Shown: piece by piece, positions 28,558-38,240 of the stretch
Layout of the letters: each line of letters begins with the position of its first letter
How positions within the stretch are numbered: position 1 is the stretch's first letter
Assembly (NCBI GenBank): GCA_965552055.1
Contig: CBEVQO010000009.1
Coordinates: 17,202 to 81,201, forward strand
Origin: an uncultured bacterium
Lineage (GTDB): Bacteria > Hydrothermota > UBA3073 > NMUJ01 > CBEVQO01
DNA: 64,000 nucleotides
Reading direction: 5' to 3'
Notes under the pieces: generated by a model
Databases searched by the model: none
The model's input: only the letters and a program-made list of their open reading frames with translations
Told to the model about the DNA's origin: nothing
Translations under genes and position numbers: made by a program

Positions 28558-30345
28558 TTATATTTCGTTTTGTATAAGAAGTTCATCACCTAATACATCC
28601 ACTATCTTTACTGCAACCTTTGTCTTTTTGGTAGGAATTTTTATTTCATAATTTCCTTTAATTAAATCTTGCTTTTTAGCTGGAATATCAACGTATACTG
28701 CTTTAAAGATTTTCCCGTTATAATTTGGATCAATTAGAACAAAGTCTATCATACTTCTAAAATCATCAATTGTTTTTTGTAAGAGGGAACCTTCAAGGTT
28801 AAAGCGTTTGATAACTGTAGGTGATATAAATTCTTTTATCTCAATTCTTGCTGTATCGTTGGATATTCTTTTTATTTCAACTTTTGCCTGTGGTGGCTCA
28901 TGAATTATAAATCCGCCTTTCTCTTTGTCAGTTCTTAAATCGATTACCTCTATCTTGTTAACAACACTTCTTCTATTCCAGTCTTCAATCCAGGCTTGAG
29001 TATTTAATTCCTGTCCATAGCAGACTATTACTATATTCCTTTCTTCATCGGGTCTCTTTGAAAGTTCATCTTTTATCGCTTCAAGATCTAAAAGGGTCAA
29101 AGGGTGGTTGAAATCAATAATTTTTACCAGTTTGTTGCCAAGCCTTCCTTCAAAGAAAGAGTCTGTTTTTGTCCTTTCAATGCCAAGGTGCCTGATAGCA
29201 AGTTCTTTTGCCTCACTCTGGAAGAGTTTTAAGTCATAGTTATTTACTTTGTAAATCGCAAAAGTGAAGTATTTTTTATTGTGTTTTTCAAATAATTCTA
29301 TGTTTTCTTTCAGTTGCTCTTCAATAATCTTTCGGAGCCTCTTTGCAGTAAGTTGAACCGCTCCTTTGTTTATATCAACGCCTATCCATCGCCTGCCAAG
29401 CTTCTGGGCAACCGCTGCGGTTGTGCCAGAACCAATGAAACAATCAAGAACTAAATCTCCTTCGTTTGTGGAGGCTTTAATTATACGTTCTAAAAGGGCT
29501 TCGGGTTTTTGGGTTTTGAAATCGAGGCGCTCTTGTTGAGCATGCAATAGTGGAATCTGCCATACATTATCCATAACTCTTTCTTCTCTAATTATGGTTT
29601 CTACTTTACCATCTGATCCTCTTACATATATCTTTTTACCGTTTTCTTTTTTCATCTTTGTAACTTTAATTGGTTTATCTCTTTTCTCGAATAATGGATT
29701 AAAAACATTTTGATCGCTTTTCGAATAAAAAAGTATTATATCAGTTGAATTGGTAAAAAGTCTTTTCCTTGTATCAGGAATTTTGTTGGGATAATACCAA
29801 ATTATCTCGTTTCTAAAATTTTCCTCTCCAAATACTTCATCCATAATAATTTTTATATAATGTCCCACATGCCAATCCAAATGCACATAAATGCTTCCTG
29901 TCTCACTCAAAAGCTCTTTCATTAAAAGCAGTCTTTCATAAATCCACTGAAAATACTCATCTCTTTTCCATATATCTTCATACATAACCTGCTGCAGGAG
30001 CGGCGCCTCATCTTCTTCAATTCTGCTTCCTTTAAATCCTCTGAGTTCCACTTTTCTTACATAGTCTTTGTTACTTGCAAAGGGTGGGTCTATGTAAATG
30101 AGGTCAATTTTTCCTCTGAAACCGAGTTCTAAAAGCGTTGCCAGAACTTCTTTATTGTCTCCCTCAAATAAAAGATTGTGCCAGTCCTTTTCTAAGTCTT
30201 CATATTTGGGGATTTCGTAAAATTTGGTGTTATTAAAAGGATCATAGACCTCTACTAATTGTGTAGGATAACTTTTCACACTTTCAAGAGGCTTTTTACC
30301 TACCCAATAGAGCATGGGGCGACCTTTGGGAGGAGTGATTTTCAT
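28558..30345 (-). CDS. mod: Type III RM methyltransferase (Mod)
   Basis: IYIDPPF, TQKPEALLERII, VLDCFIGSGTT; operonic with res. Confidence 0.92.
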   Translation of the reverse strand: MKITPPKGRPMLYWVGKKPLESVKSYPTQLVEVYDPFNNTKFYEIPKYEDLEKDWHNLLFEGDNKEVLATLLELGFRGKIDLIYIDPPFASNKDYVRKVELRGFKGSRIEEDEAPLLQQVMYEDIWKRDEYFQWIYERLLLMKELLSETGSIYVHLDWHVGHYIKIIMDEVFGEENFRNEIIWYYPNKIPDTRKRLFTNSTDIILFYSKSDQNVFNPLFEKRDKPIKVTKMKKENGKKIYVRGSDGKVETIIREERVMDNVWQIPLLHAQQERLDFKTQKPEALLERIIKASTNEGDLVLDCFIGSGTTAAVAQKLGRRWIGVDINKGAVQLTAKRLRKIIEEQLKENIELFEKHNKKYFTFAIYKVNNYDLKLFQSEAKELAIRHLGIERTKTDSFFEGRLGNKLVKIIDFNHPLTLLDLEAIKDELSKRPDEERNIVIVCYGQELNTQAWIEDWNRRSVVNKIEVIDLRTDKEKGGFIIHEPPQAKVEIKRISNDTARIEIKEFISPTVIKRFNLEGSLLQKTIDDFRSMIDFVLIDPNYNGKIFKAVYVDIPAKKQDLIKGNYEIKIPTKKTKVAVKIVDVLGDELLIQNEI

Positions 30346-31292
30346 AATCCACCCCCTGTTTCCAGCTGATCAAATAAAGAAGGTTGGTATGGTCTACCTG
30401 CAATTTTATCTGCAAATTCTTCAAATTTTCTTTTAATGGCTTTAATTCTTCTAAACTTTTCTGCCTTAGGAAGTGTAATTTCCCATGTGGGTGGATCGGG
30501 TGCTATTCTTTTCAAGATCCCAACACAGTATTTTTCTTTAATTAGTTTATTTATTATTTCTTTAGATGCTTTAGCAATTTTTGTCCTTTTTTCTCTATAT
30601 AGTAAGTTATAAAAAGATGGAGTAAGCATTCTACGGGTGAAGTATTCTATATTAAACTTAAAACCTTCATCTTCTTTGACTAAAATCTCAATAAGAGTGG
30701 AGATTACATTATCAACTAAAAGAGAATGTGAGAAGTCAGATAAATTTATGTCGGGAAAAGAATAATATATTCTATCGAATTTCAAAGGTTGACTAAAAAA
30801 ATTTTCAGTTTCAGTCACACTAAAAGTGTTAAGTCTTTTCTCCAATAAATGCTCGTTTGGAAAATGATATACAAGCAAAATAACAGGCAGGTTTTCAGTG
30901 GTTATAAATTCCTTAAAAGCAGTTTCACCTTCAGGAGTTACTATTAAAATAACATCTTTGTTTTTAACACAGAGCTCCGAAACAAAGGCCCGCAGGGAGT
31001 CTTCATCAATATCTATATATTTTCGAAGTTGAACAACTTTTCTATTAGAAACTTTTTCCTCTTGAGTCCATTCCGCTATAATACTTTCTCGAAGTTTAAC
31101 TGACTCAAGAGTCATCTCAGGAGTAGCTTTTCGGCTATCTGTGGATGTGTAAAATAACAGCTCAAAGCCAACAACCTTAAATCCCATTTCCTTAAACTTT
31201 GAAGAATAAGGTTCCAATAATCTGCTACCTTTAGTTAGTCCCCAAAAAATATTAATCAATTGATTCTCAAATGATCTTTTCTTTTGAATCAT
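30342..31292 (-). CDS. hypothetical protein, possible degenerate PD-(D/E)XK fold
   Basis: Long ORF coupled to neighbours; GFKVVGFE..TPE..IIAEWT..QLRKY pattern. Confidence 0.7.
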   Translation of the reverse strand: MIQKKRSFENQLINIFWGLTKGSRLLEPYSSKFKEMGFKVVGFELLFYTSTDSRKATPEMTLESVKLRESIIAEWTQEEKVSNRKVVQLRKYIDIDEDSLRAFVSELCVKNKDVILIVTPEGETAFKEFITTENLPVILLVYHFPNEHLLEKRLNTFSVTETENFFSQPLKFDRIYYSFPDINLSDFSHSLLVDNVISTLIEILVKEDEGFKFNIEYFTRRMLTPSFYNLLYREKRTKIAKASKEIINKLIKEKYCVGILKRIAPDPPTWEITLPKAEKFRRIKAIKRKFEEFADKIAGRPYQPSLFDQLETGGGL

Positions 31293-32397
31293 TTTCAAGG
31301 CTTATCTCCATGTTTAAAGTATGCTGCAAGTTAGTATAGAGTCTTAAAATAGTATTTGAACAAACTTGATCAGATAGATATGCAAGCATCATGTCGGGAA
31401 ATATTTGCAAAACGAATTTTCCTCCAACATGCAAATCAATTACATGAGCGATATACTCGTATTTACCCGTTTGAGAAACTATTCCTAATAATCTGAATGG
31501 CATTTTGCCACTGAAAATACTTTCTAAAAACCGATGTAAATTCTCCTCTAACAAAGGTTTTTCAAAAACGAAATAAATAGGTTCACCTTCCAGTAAGTTT
31601 TCTAAACTCCATTTTAACCTATATTTATCAAGTTGGATAAGTTTATTTTCGTACTCTTGTTTTAGTTCTACCAATATCTTTCTATGTATTCCAATACTTG
31701 TTCCATATGATTTCACCTTACCATTAAATTTTATATCAGTTATTATAAACTCATCCTTACTATTTCCAAATTCCTTAAATCGTACTTTGCCTAAAATCGC
31801 CATTTTTTTCAATACACCTCTTAAATCCTCATAAACTTTTCTTAATCTTTCACCTCCTCCCCAAAGTTGCATCTTGAGATAAGAAAAAATTTCCTCCTCG
31901 TTTTTTCCTATGATAGGCCTATAATCGTAATCGAAACTAAAGCCTTTAAAATATCTATTATATTTTGTTATCTGGGAATCAAGGAAGTTATGCCAGAACC
32001 AGAACCGGTCAATTCTGGGCTGGTTTTGAACTATTTTATACAATAGACTGTCTACCTTTTGAGATTTTGATAAGGTATATAAAAATAGAAACCTATTACT
32101 TATCCATTCCACATAAAGAGATATTTTTAAATCTTTGTATATCAATTCAAAGAAATCCATTTCTATTTCATGAACATCTGGCACTATCGTTTTGTCCTGG
32201 AGATAAAACGAAAACAGAGACTTTAAAATCTGCCTTCTTTCACTTTTCAAATCTGATATGTTTATCTCTAATAAATAAGATTTCAGCAAGTAAGACTCAT
32301 ACTCAAGTTTTTTGTCTTCGTAGATTTTCTCATAGGCCCTGGATATTTGTTCTTCAAAAAAATCGAAAGCTTCCTTTTTACTGTTAAATCGTTTCAT
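31267..32397 (-). CDS. hypothetical protein inside Type III RM operon
   Basis: 376 aa ORF, ATGA-coupled to res; no motif recognised with confidence. Confidence 0.75.
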   Translation of the reverse strand: MKRFNSKKEAFDFFEEQISRAYEKIYEDKKLEYESYLLKSYLLEINISDLKSERRQILKSLFSFYLQDKTIVPDVHEIEMDFFELIYKDLKISLYVEWISNRFLFLYTLSKSQKVDSLLYKIVQNQPRIDRFWFWHNFLDSQITKYNRYFKGFSFDYDYRPIIGKNEEEIFSYLKMQLWGGGERLRKVYEDLRGVLKKMAILGKVRFKEFGNSKDEFIITDIKFNGKVKSYGTSIGIHRKILVELKQEYENKLIQLDKYRLKWSLENLLEGEPIYFVFEKPLLEENLHRFLESIFSGKMPFRLLGIVSQTGKYEYIAHVIDLHVGGKFVLQIFPDMMLAYLSDQVCSNTILRLYTNLQHTLNMEISLENDSKEKII

Positions 32398-34958
32398 TTT
32401 ACGCCTCCATAAATCAATTGCTTTATTCTCTCAAACTCTCCGAATTTTAAAGTATCCCTCTCCGTCTCAAGTATTTCATATTTAACCTTATCTGGATTTA
32501 GCCCCTCTATTTCTCTCATCGCCTTTTCTACTTCTTCAACCTTAAAAGGTTCTCCTTTTATCTCTACTATTATAATTTTGCCGTTTTTCTTTTTGATTAG
32601 AAAATCTGGAGTGTAATTATGCCATTTCCCATCTGAACCTTTATATTCAAAAATGAAATCGGTTTTATCTTTTGAGTTAATTGCTCCTGTAAAGTATACA
32701 TCTTCAACCTCATCTGGATTCTCACCAAGTAAAAGTAATAACTTTTCAAAGAATTCCATTTCAGGCTTTGAATCAAAATTGTAAGGATCATAATGAAATC
32801 CAAAACTTGGCTTACCTGCTTTTTCCCAGTAAAGTAAAAGTTCTTCAAATCTTGTTTTATTTATTTTTATCTCAGTATAAAAGTTCCCGTTCTCGTCTTT
32901 TTTAAATCCATCCAGCCTGAGAAGTGCAAGGGCTTGCTCAACAATTTCTTCTTTAATTTCATATTTTGATATTTGTTCTTCTATCGCTTCCTTAATTTTT
33001 TTACCCAAGGATATAGGGATTGTATTTTCTCCTAAATGTTTTTTAAACAGTTCAAGAATGTTCATGTAATTTAAACGATAGGTATCGGCAATATCAACCG
33101 CTAATGAGTAAATATCAATTACCGGTTCTTCTATTTCAACCTCTTGTTCTCCTATCCGTCTCAAAACTTTCCCTTTTCTTCCCTCTTGAGATAAGTCATA
33201 GATAGATTTTTTAAGTTTCACTCTTTCTGGACTCAAATCGCTTATGGATAAAGATAGTTCCTCCGCTTTTTTATCTTCCTTAGGAATAACTTTTAAAACT
33301 TTCTTTTTGATAACCACAGGCGGTATTTCTGTTTTTCTGATTATAAGTTTAACTTCATAAGATTCCCTCGTCTGATTGTTAAGATCTGATAAGGTTTCTC
33401 CATAGGTTTCTCTCAATTGATTATTTAACAAGCAGACATTTTTCTGGGAAAGATAAATTTTGGCTTTGTGAGTATTCCCAGGCACTTGTCTTAAACATCT
33501 TGTGGCAGCCTGTAGGCAAAAGTTATTTGCTCCTCGTAGTTCCCTTGCAAGGGCACAGGCGAAAAGGGAAGGACAATTCCATCCCTCTGTTCCCTTATTT
33601 ACAAGTAAAAAGATTCTATAAGGTACTGCAGGATCGTTTATTCTATTATCAAATAAATCTTGAACCTCTTTCGATGCTTTGTTATGAACCTCTAAAACAA
33701 CCGAACTGGGATCTATTCCTCTGCTGCTCAAAACCTGTTCCACAATAGGTCGGAATTCGGATATATCCTCAATTTTTGGGAAATAAATAGCAAGTTTCGC
33801 CTTTGCTCCATTATAAATTGAAACATTCCAATAATTGCTTATAAAATCATTTACAACTTCTCTTATAAAATTTTCATCTGAAACATCTTGATATGCAACT
33901 ATATTGCCTCTGACATCTTTTAAAATACCATCTTTTATACCCTGAGATAATCCGTACCAATAAATTACATCCCTTAAAACTTTACCTTGATAATAAGGTG
34001 TTCCCGTTGTATTAACAGTTACTATTAAATTTGTTTTCTCTGCAATGTAGTTTATAGTTTGTCTCACTCTTTTTAATTCTTCACCGACTTTCTGACCATA
34101 GGTATGGTGAGCCTCGTCTGAAAAAACTGCCAAGTTAGGAAGAGAGGTTATAGTAGAAAGTCTTTGATTCGCAATCAGGCTTTTAAGTTCGTCTTCCTTT
34201 TCGGTTTGGTTAAACAGATTCTGAAAATAAGATTTTTTAATAGATTCTTTTGTAAGTCTGATTTTTTCTGTATTAGTTACTATTACATTATAAGAACTTC
34301 CTTTTATCACCGGAATATCTCTTTGTCCGTCTCTCGTATAAGTAAATTTAACATTAGTCATAAATTTCTTATATAGCCGTGGAGGTAATATTTTTTCATA
34401 AGGTGCAAAAGAAATTTCTCTTAGCGCTCCCAGAATGGTTTTCCCTGGAGCAAATACAAGAGCATTTTTAACGAAATTATCTTCAGGATATTCAAGTGAG
34501 AGAGCAAATTCTGTTGCGATAATACTTGCAATAAGGATTGTCTTTCCCGCTCCCATAGCAAGGGCTAAAATATAAGAAGGATAGGGTAAAGTTAAAGATT
34601 CTCTCAATCCTTCTAATTTGTATTTTTTTGTAAATTCGTCATCTGTTTTTATTTTTTCTATAACTCCTTCCAAGCCTGAATTAATTAAAATATCCGTTAT
34701 TTCTTTCTTGTTGTAAGGAATACCAAGATTTTCGAGTAGATTTGTGCCACTATAAAATTTTTTGTAAAGGTCTTCAATCTTTGGAGTATTTAAAACAATT
34801 CTCACATACCAGTAATGTTCAAGTGCTTCAATTTGAGCTTTTCTAAGATATCCTTGTTGTTTAATATGAGAAAATATCTCGAACAGTTCAGGGTAATCGC
34901 ATTTATAATCTTCTTTTCGCCACTTAGGCACTTCTTTTTTTATTTTTTCATATATCAT
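32394..34958 (-). CDS. res: Type III RM restriction subunit (Res)
   Basis: LAMGAGKT, DEAHH, EGWNCP, QAATRCLR, C-terminal YTPDFLI..IVEIKG nuclease. Confidence 0.92.
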   Translation of the reverse strand: MIYEKIKKEVPKWRKEDYKCDYPELFEIFSHIKQQGYLRKAQIEALEHYWYVRIVLNTPKIEDLYKKFYSGTNLLENLGIPYNKKEITDILINSGLEGVIEKIKTDDEFTKKYKLEGLRESLTLPYPSYILALAMGAGKTILIASIIATEFALSLEYPEDNFVKNALVFAPGKTILGALREISFAPYEKILPPRLYKKFMTNVKFTYTRDGQRDIPVIKGSSYNVIVTNTEKIRLTKESIKKSYFQNLFNQTEKEDELKSLIANQRLSTITSLPNLAVFSDEAHHTYGQKVGEELKRVRQTINYIAEKTNLIVTVNTTGTPYYQGKVLRDVIYWYGLSQGIKDGILKDVRGNIVAYQDVSDENFIREVVNDFISNYWNVSIYNGAKAKLAIYFPKIEDISEFRPIVEQVLSSRGIDPSSVVLEVHNKASKEVQDLFDNRINDPAVPYRIFLLVNKGTEGWNCPSLFACALARELRGANNFCLQAATRCLRQVPGNTHKAKIYLSQKNVCLLNNQLRETYGETLSDLNNQTRESYEVKLIIRKTEIPPVVIKKKVLKVIPKEDKKAEELSLSISDLSPERVKLKKSIYDLSQEGRKGKVLRRIGEQEVEIEEPVIDIYSLAVDIADTYRLNYMNILELFKKHLGENTIPISLGKKIKEAIEEQISKYEIKEEIVEQALALLRLDGFKKDENGNFYTEIKINKTRFEELLLYWEKAGKPSFGFHYDPYNFDSKPEMEFFEKLLLLLGENPDEVEDVYFTGAINSKDKTDFIFEYKGSDGKWHNYTPDFLIKKKNGKIIIVEIKGEPFKVEEVEKAMREIEGLNPDKVKYEILETERDTLKFGEFERIKQLIYGGVK

Positions 34959-35076
34959 TTTTTGTTATTTTAAAGTACTTATAATATACACATAAATCTC
35001 TCATTTTTAAAATTTTATTTGAATATTTGGAAAGTCAAGAAAAATTTTTGGGAAATTATTGAAAAATTAGATGAGG

Positions 35077-35324
35077 TGCGAGGCGTAGCCGAGCATAATA
35101 CATATGGGTTGTAGGTCAACACCCCGAGCGGTGAAAGCGGGACTGCGTTTTTAGGGCGTGTTTGCAGTTGATTTTATTCATTGAGCTTGCAAAGCAAATG
35201 AGGTTTTTGGTTGCGAATTTGACTAATTACGGGCAGGGCGTTTTAAGAGCTGTGGCAGGGTGCAGGTCTGTGACCTGTAGCGAGGGGTGTGCACGAGGGT
35301 GGTGGGGACAGGGAGGCGGGGCTA
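35077..35324 (-). repeat. dispersed element copy D (longest)
   Basis: Plus-strand end GGGTGGTGGGGACAGGGAGGCGGGGCTA; start TGCGAGGCGTAGCCGAGC; interior shared with E; its TAG is the stop of 35322..35684. Confidence 0.92.
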
Positions 35325-35684
35325 AATATTGAATACTTCAATCATGGGGGTTTCTGGAGACCTTGGATTTGGGATTACTTTTCTCGTGCTCGGTTCAATG
35401 ATTAAATCCAAGCGTTCACGCACTATTTGACCTACAAGTGGTTGTGCTCCTTTCTCTTCCGCTAAAACATCAAAAACAGCTTTCCTACCTGCTATCTCCA
35501 ATATCACCCAGCCGTAAATTTCTTTTCTCTTTACTTCATCAATTTTTTCCAATCCGAGTTTTTGTATTAAATCTATAGGCAGGACTGACATCGTTGCACC
35601 GGTATCAACCACAGCTTCTATTTCTATTGACTTTAATGGGTCTTTTAAATTTGTGAGCTTTATTTTTGTAATAACTTTGCCCAT
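35322..35684 (-). CDS. clan AA aspartic protease (AF_0612-like), flap apparently shortened
   Basis: MGKVITKIKLTN, VVDTGATMSVLP, PLVGQIVRERLDL; no ADG-type flap (IDEV-KRKEIYG). Confidence 0.8.
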   Translation of the reverse strand: MGKVITKIKLTNLKDPLKSIEIEAVVDTGATMSVLPIDLIQKLGLEKIDEVKRKEIYGWVILEIAGRKAVFDVLAEEKGAQPLVGQIVRERLDLIIEPSTRKVIPNPRSPETPMIEVFNI

Positions 35685-35687
35685 CTC

Positions 35688-36344
35688 CTAAAACTTTGGT
35701 TTTTTAATTCTTGGTGGAAGGATATAATGTGGCTCAAGGCTTATTATATCTGCGAATTCTCCCTTTTTCGCCTTTTCCTCTCCTATTTTCGCTACAACAC
35801 CGCCACGAGGCGATGTAAGAAAAGGTTCAGAAAAGATAAAATTATCATTAAAAATCCCTTTGTATCTATAAGCACCATCCCCCGATATTATTACTTTCTC
35901 CCTTATTTCTTTTAAAATTTCTTCGGGTTTTAAAACTTTATTATCCCATAACTTTTTATAATCCGTATCGAAAAGTGATGCATAAACTTCTCCGCATCTT
36001 GCATCTATTAATGTCAAAATTTTATATCCGGGTGAAGGAATGCATCTCGAAAGTGCTTCATCTGTGGCTATTGCTACCACTTTCTTTTTGAGAGGAAAAG
36101 CAAGTCCCTTAACGCAAGATAAACCTATTCTCAATCCCGTAAAAGAGCCGGGTCCCGTTGTTATCGCAAAACCTTCTAAATTTTCCAGATTAATATTTAA
36201 AGATTTAAGCGCAAAATCAATAATTTTTAATAAGTTCTCGGACCTCGCTGTTTCAAAATGCTGTGAAAATTCAAATAAAATTCTGCCATCCTTGCATATC
36301 CCCAAATTTATCTCGTAAGAAGATGTATCAATACCCATCCACAT
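35688..36344 (-). CDS. tsaB: tRNA threonylcarbamoyladenosine biosynthesis protein TsaB
   Basis: GIDTS, GPGSFTGLRIG, IDARCGEVY, LEPHY. Confidence 0.95.
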   Translation of the reverse strand: MWMGIDTSSYEINLGICKDGRILFEFSQHFETARSENLLKIIDFALKSLNINLENLEGFAITTGPGSFTGLRIGLSCVKGLAFPLKKKVVAIATDEALSRCIPSPGYKILTLIDARCGEVYASLFDTDYKKLWDNKVLKPEEILKEIREKVIISGDGAYRYKGIFNDNFIFSEPFLTSPRGGVVAKIGEEKAKKGEFADIISLEPHYILPPRIKKPKF

Positions 36345-36747
36345 AATTTACCTCTATTTCTCTTTCTGTTTCTGATATTATTTTGATTTTTACATCAATT
36401 CTTTTTTCTGGCAATAAATCTTTTGCTCTATTTGCCCATTCTATGATGCAAATTCCATCCGAATAGAAAAATTCTTCGTATCCGAAAGATTTTAAATCGT
36501 CCTGTGATAATCTATAAAGGTCAATATGATAAACTTTTATCTTTGCGTTATATTCTCTGACTATTGTAAAAGAAGGGCTTTTTACATATCCTTTGTATCC
36601 CAGTCCTTCCATTATTCCTTTAATGAACACGGTTTTGCCTGCTCCTATTTCTCCGTAAATAGCAACTACATCGCCTTTTTTAAGATTTTGTGCAAACTCT
36701 TTGCCAAATTCAAAGGTATCTTTTTCGGATTTTGATAAATATTTCAT
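36328..36747 (-). CDS. tsaE: tRNA threonylcarbamoyladenosine biosynthesis ATPase TsaE
   Basis: GEIGAGKT, VKSPSFT, YHIDLYRL, IIEWA. Confidence 0.95.
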   Translation of the reverse strand: MKYLSKSEKDTFEFGKEFAQNLKKGDVVAIYGEIGAGKTVFIKGIMEGLGYKGYVKSPSFTIVREYNAKIKVYHIDLYRLSQDDLKSFGYEEFFYSDGICIIEWANRAKDLLPEKRIDVKIKIISETEREIEVNYVDGY

Positions 36748-36752
36748 CTGCT

Positions 36753-36807
36753 ATTTTAACAATAATTTTAAAAAGTCAAGTTGACAAATCGGGATAAAGA
36801 TTAAAAT
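36753..36807. promoter_or_regulatory. back-to-back divergent promoters, both TTGAC-N15-TAAAAT
   Basis: Minus: TTGACT 36779-36774 / TAAAAT 36758-36753; plus: TTGACA 36781-36786 / TAAAAT 36802-36807. Confidence 0.75.
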
Positions 36808-36831
36808 TTAAGATGGATAAGGGAGGTGTTT

Positions 36832-37248
36832 ATGAGTGTGGAAGAGCTAAGAAAGGAAGCTGAAAGATGGCTTGAAATTGCAAAAAGTGATTATGAATCA
36901 GCCGAAATACTTTTTAAAAGCAATAAGTATGCTCATGCCTGTTTCTTTTGTCAGCAGGCAGCTGAAAAAGCGCTAAAAGCTGTGTGGTACTGTTTGGGTC
37001 AGGAAACACTGGGGCGTTCTGTTCTTAAATTAATAGAAGAGTTACAGTTGGTTTCTTTTAATATTTATAGAGAATTTAAGGGGTTAAAGGGCGATGCTCA
37101 ATATCTTGATGAATTCTACATTTCTGCCAGATATCCCGATGCTTTAAGCGATGCCACTCCTGATGAAATATACGATAAAGAAGATGCCGAGAAAGCGCTT
37201 TATAGTGCGAAAAAGATATTGGATAAAGTGAAGGAGCTTATGGAATGA
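36832..37248 (+). CDS. HEPN-domain protein (no MNT partner seen)
   Basis: WLEIAKSD, ACFFCQQAAEKALKA, YISARYPD. Confidence 0.88.
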   Translation: MSVEELRKEAERWLEIAKSDYESAEILFKSNKYAHACFFCQQAAEKALKAVWYCLGQETLGRSVLKLIEELQLVSFNIYREFKGLKGDAQYLDEFYISARYPDALSDATPDEIYDKEDAEKALYSAKKILDKVKELME

Positions 37249-38240
37249 AGGAAGCACTTTTTTACAGGCAGCTGGAGAATGGTGTTTGCGAATGTTTACT
37301 TTGTCCTCACAGATGCAAAATCGCTCCAGGCAAAGAAGGATTATGTATGGCACGCAGAAATATCGAAGGCAAATTGTATGCTGTAAATTATGCAAAAACA
37401 GTATCTATCGCAATTGACCCTATTGAGAAAAAACCACTTTACAATTTTTATCCGGGAACCCAAATATTATCAATTGCTCCAAATTCCTGTAATATGAAAT
37501 GTCCATATTGTCAAAATTATGAAATAAGCCAGAAGAAATCATACACTTATGAATTACCGGTAAGTGAACTGGTTAGAATTTTAAAAGAGCATCCATCTGT
37601 GGGTGTTGCATATACTTACACAGAGCCGCTCACATGGTATGAATATCTGCTTGATGCAGGATACGCTGTAAAGGAAGCAGGATACAAAAATGTACTCGTT
37701 ACAAATGGAATGATAAATGAAGAACCTTTGAAACATTTATTACCCGTAATTGATGCAGTAAATGTTGATTTAAAATCAATAAGACCAGAATTTTATAAAG
37801 AACTAGTAAAAGGTGATTTGGAGACGGTTAAAAATTTCATCAAGATATTACATTCTGAGGGAAAACATGTTGAAGTTACAAATCTTGTGATTCCGGGATA
37901 TAATGATACTGATGAGGATTTTGAGAAATTAACCGATTTCATTGCAGGTGTAAGCCCTGATATTCCTGTTCATTTTACGCGTTTTTTTCCTCATTACAAA
38001 TTTTATGATTTACATCCGACACCTGTTGAGAGATTGAAAAGAGCATATGAAATAGCTGTTAAAAAACTTCATTATGTTTATCTCGGTAATGTGCTTACAG
38101 GCAGGGAAGGCAACACCTATTGCCCTTATTGTGGCAATTTACTAATTGAGCGTGGCTATTTTTACGATGTGAGAATTTCTGGCGTTGAAAAAGGCAAATG
38201 CAAAAAGTGTGGCGAAAAGGTGAACATTGTAATGGATTAA
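37245..38240 (+). CDS. amrS: AmmeMemoRadiSam system radical SAM enzyme
   Basis: CLLCPHRC, DPIEKKPL, CNMKCPYCQN, YTYTEP, YVYLGNV, TYCPYCG. Confidence 0.9.
   Translation: MKEALFYRQLENGVCECLLCPHRCKIAPGKEGLCMARRNIEGKLYAVNYAKTVSIAIDPIEKKPLYNFYPGTQILSIAPNSCNMKCPYCQNYEISQKKSYTYELPVSELVRILKEHPSVGVAYTYTEPLTWYEYLLDAGYAVKEAGYKNVLVTNGMINEEPLKHLLPVIDAVNVDLKSIRPEFYKELVKGDLETVKNFIKILHSEGKHVEVTNLVIPGYNDTDEDFEKLTDFIAGVSPDIPVHFTRFFPHYKFYDLHPTPVERLKRAYEIAVKKLHYVYLGNVLTGREGNTYCPYCGNLLIERGYFYDVRISGVEKGKCKKCGEKVNIVMD

Noticed and set aside
35113..35145. GTCAACACCCC / GCGGTGAAAGC in copy D as IscB omega-RNA start or group II intron domain V
   Set aside because: No following terminal hairpin, no catalytic-triad DV stem, no IscB/TnpB/RT ORF nearby, and the motif is not kept in copy E
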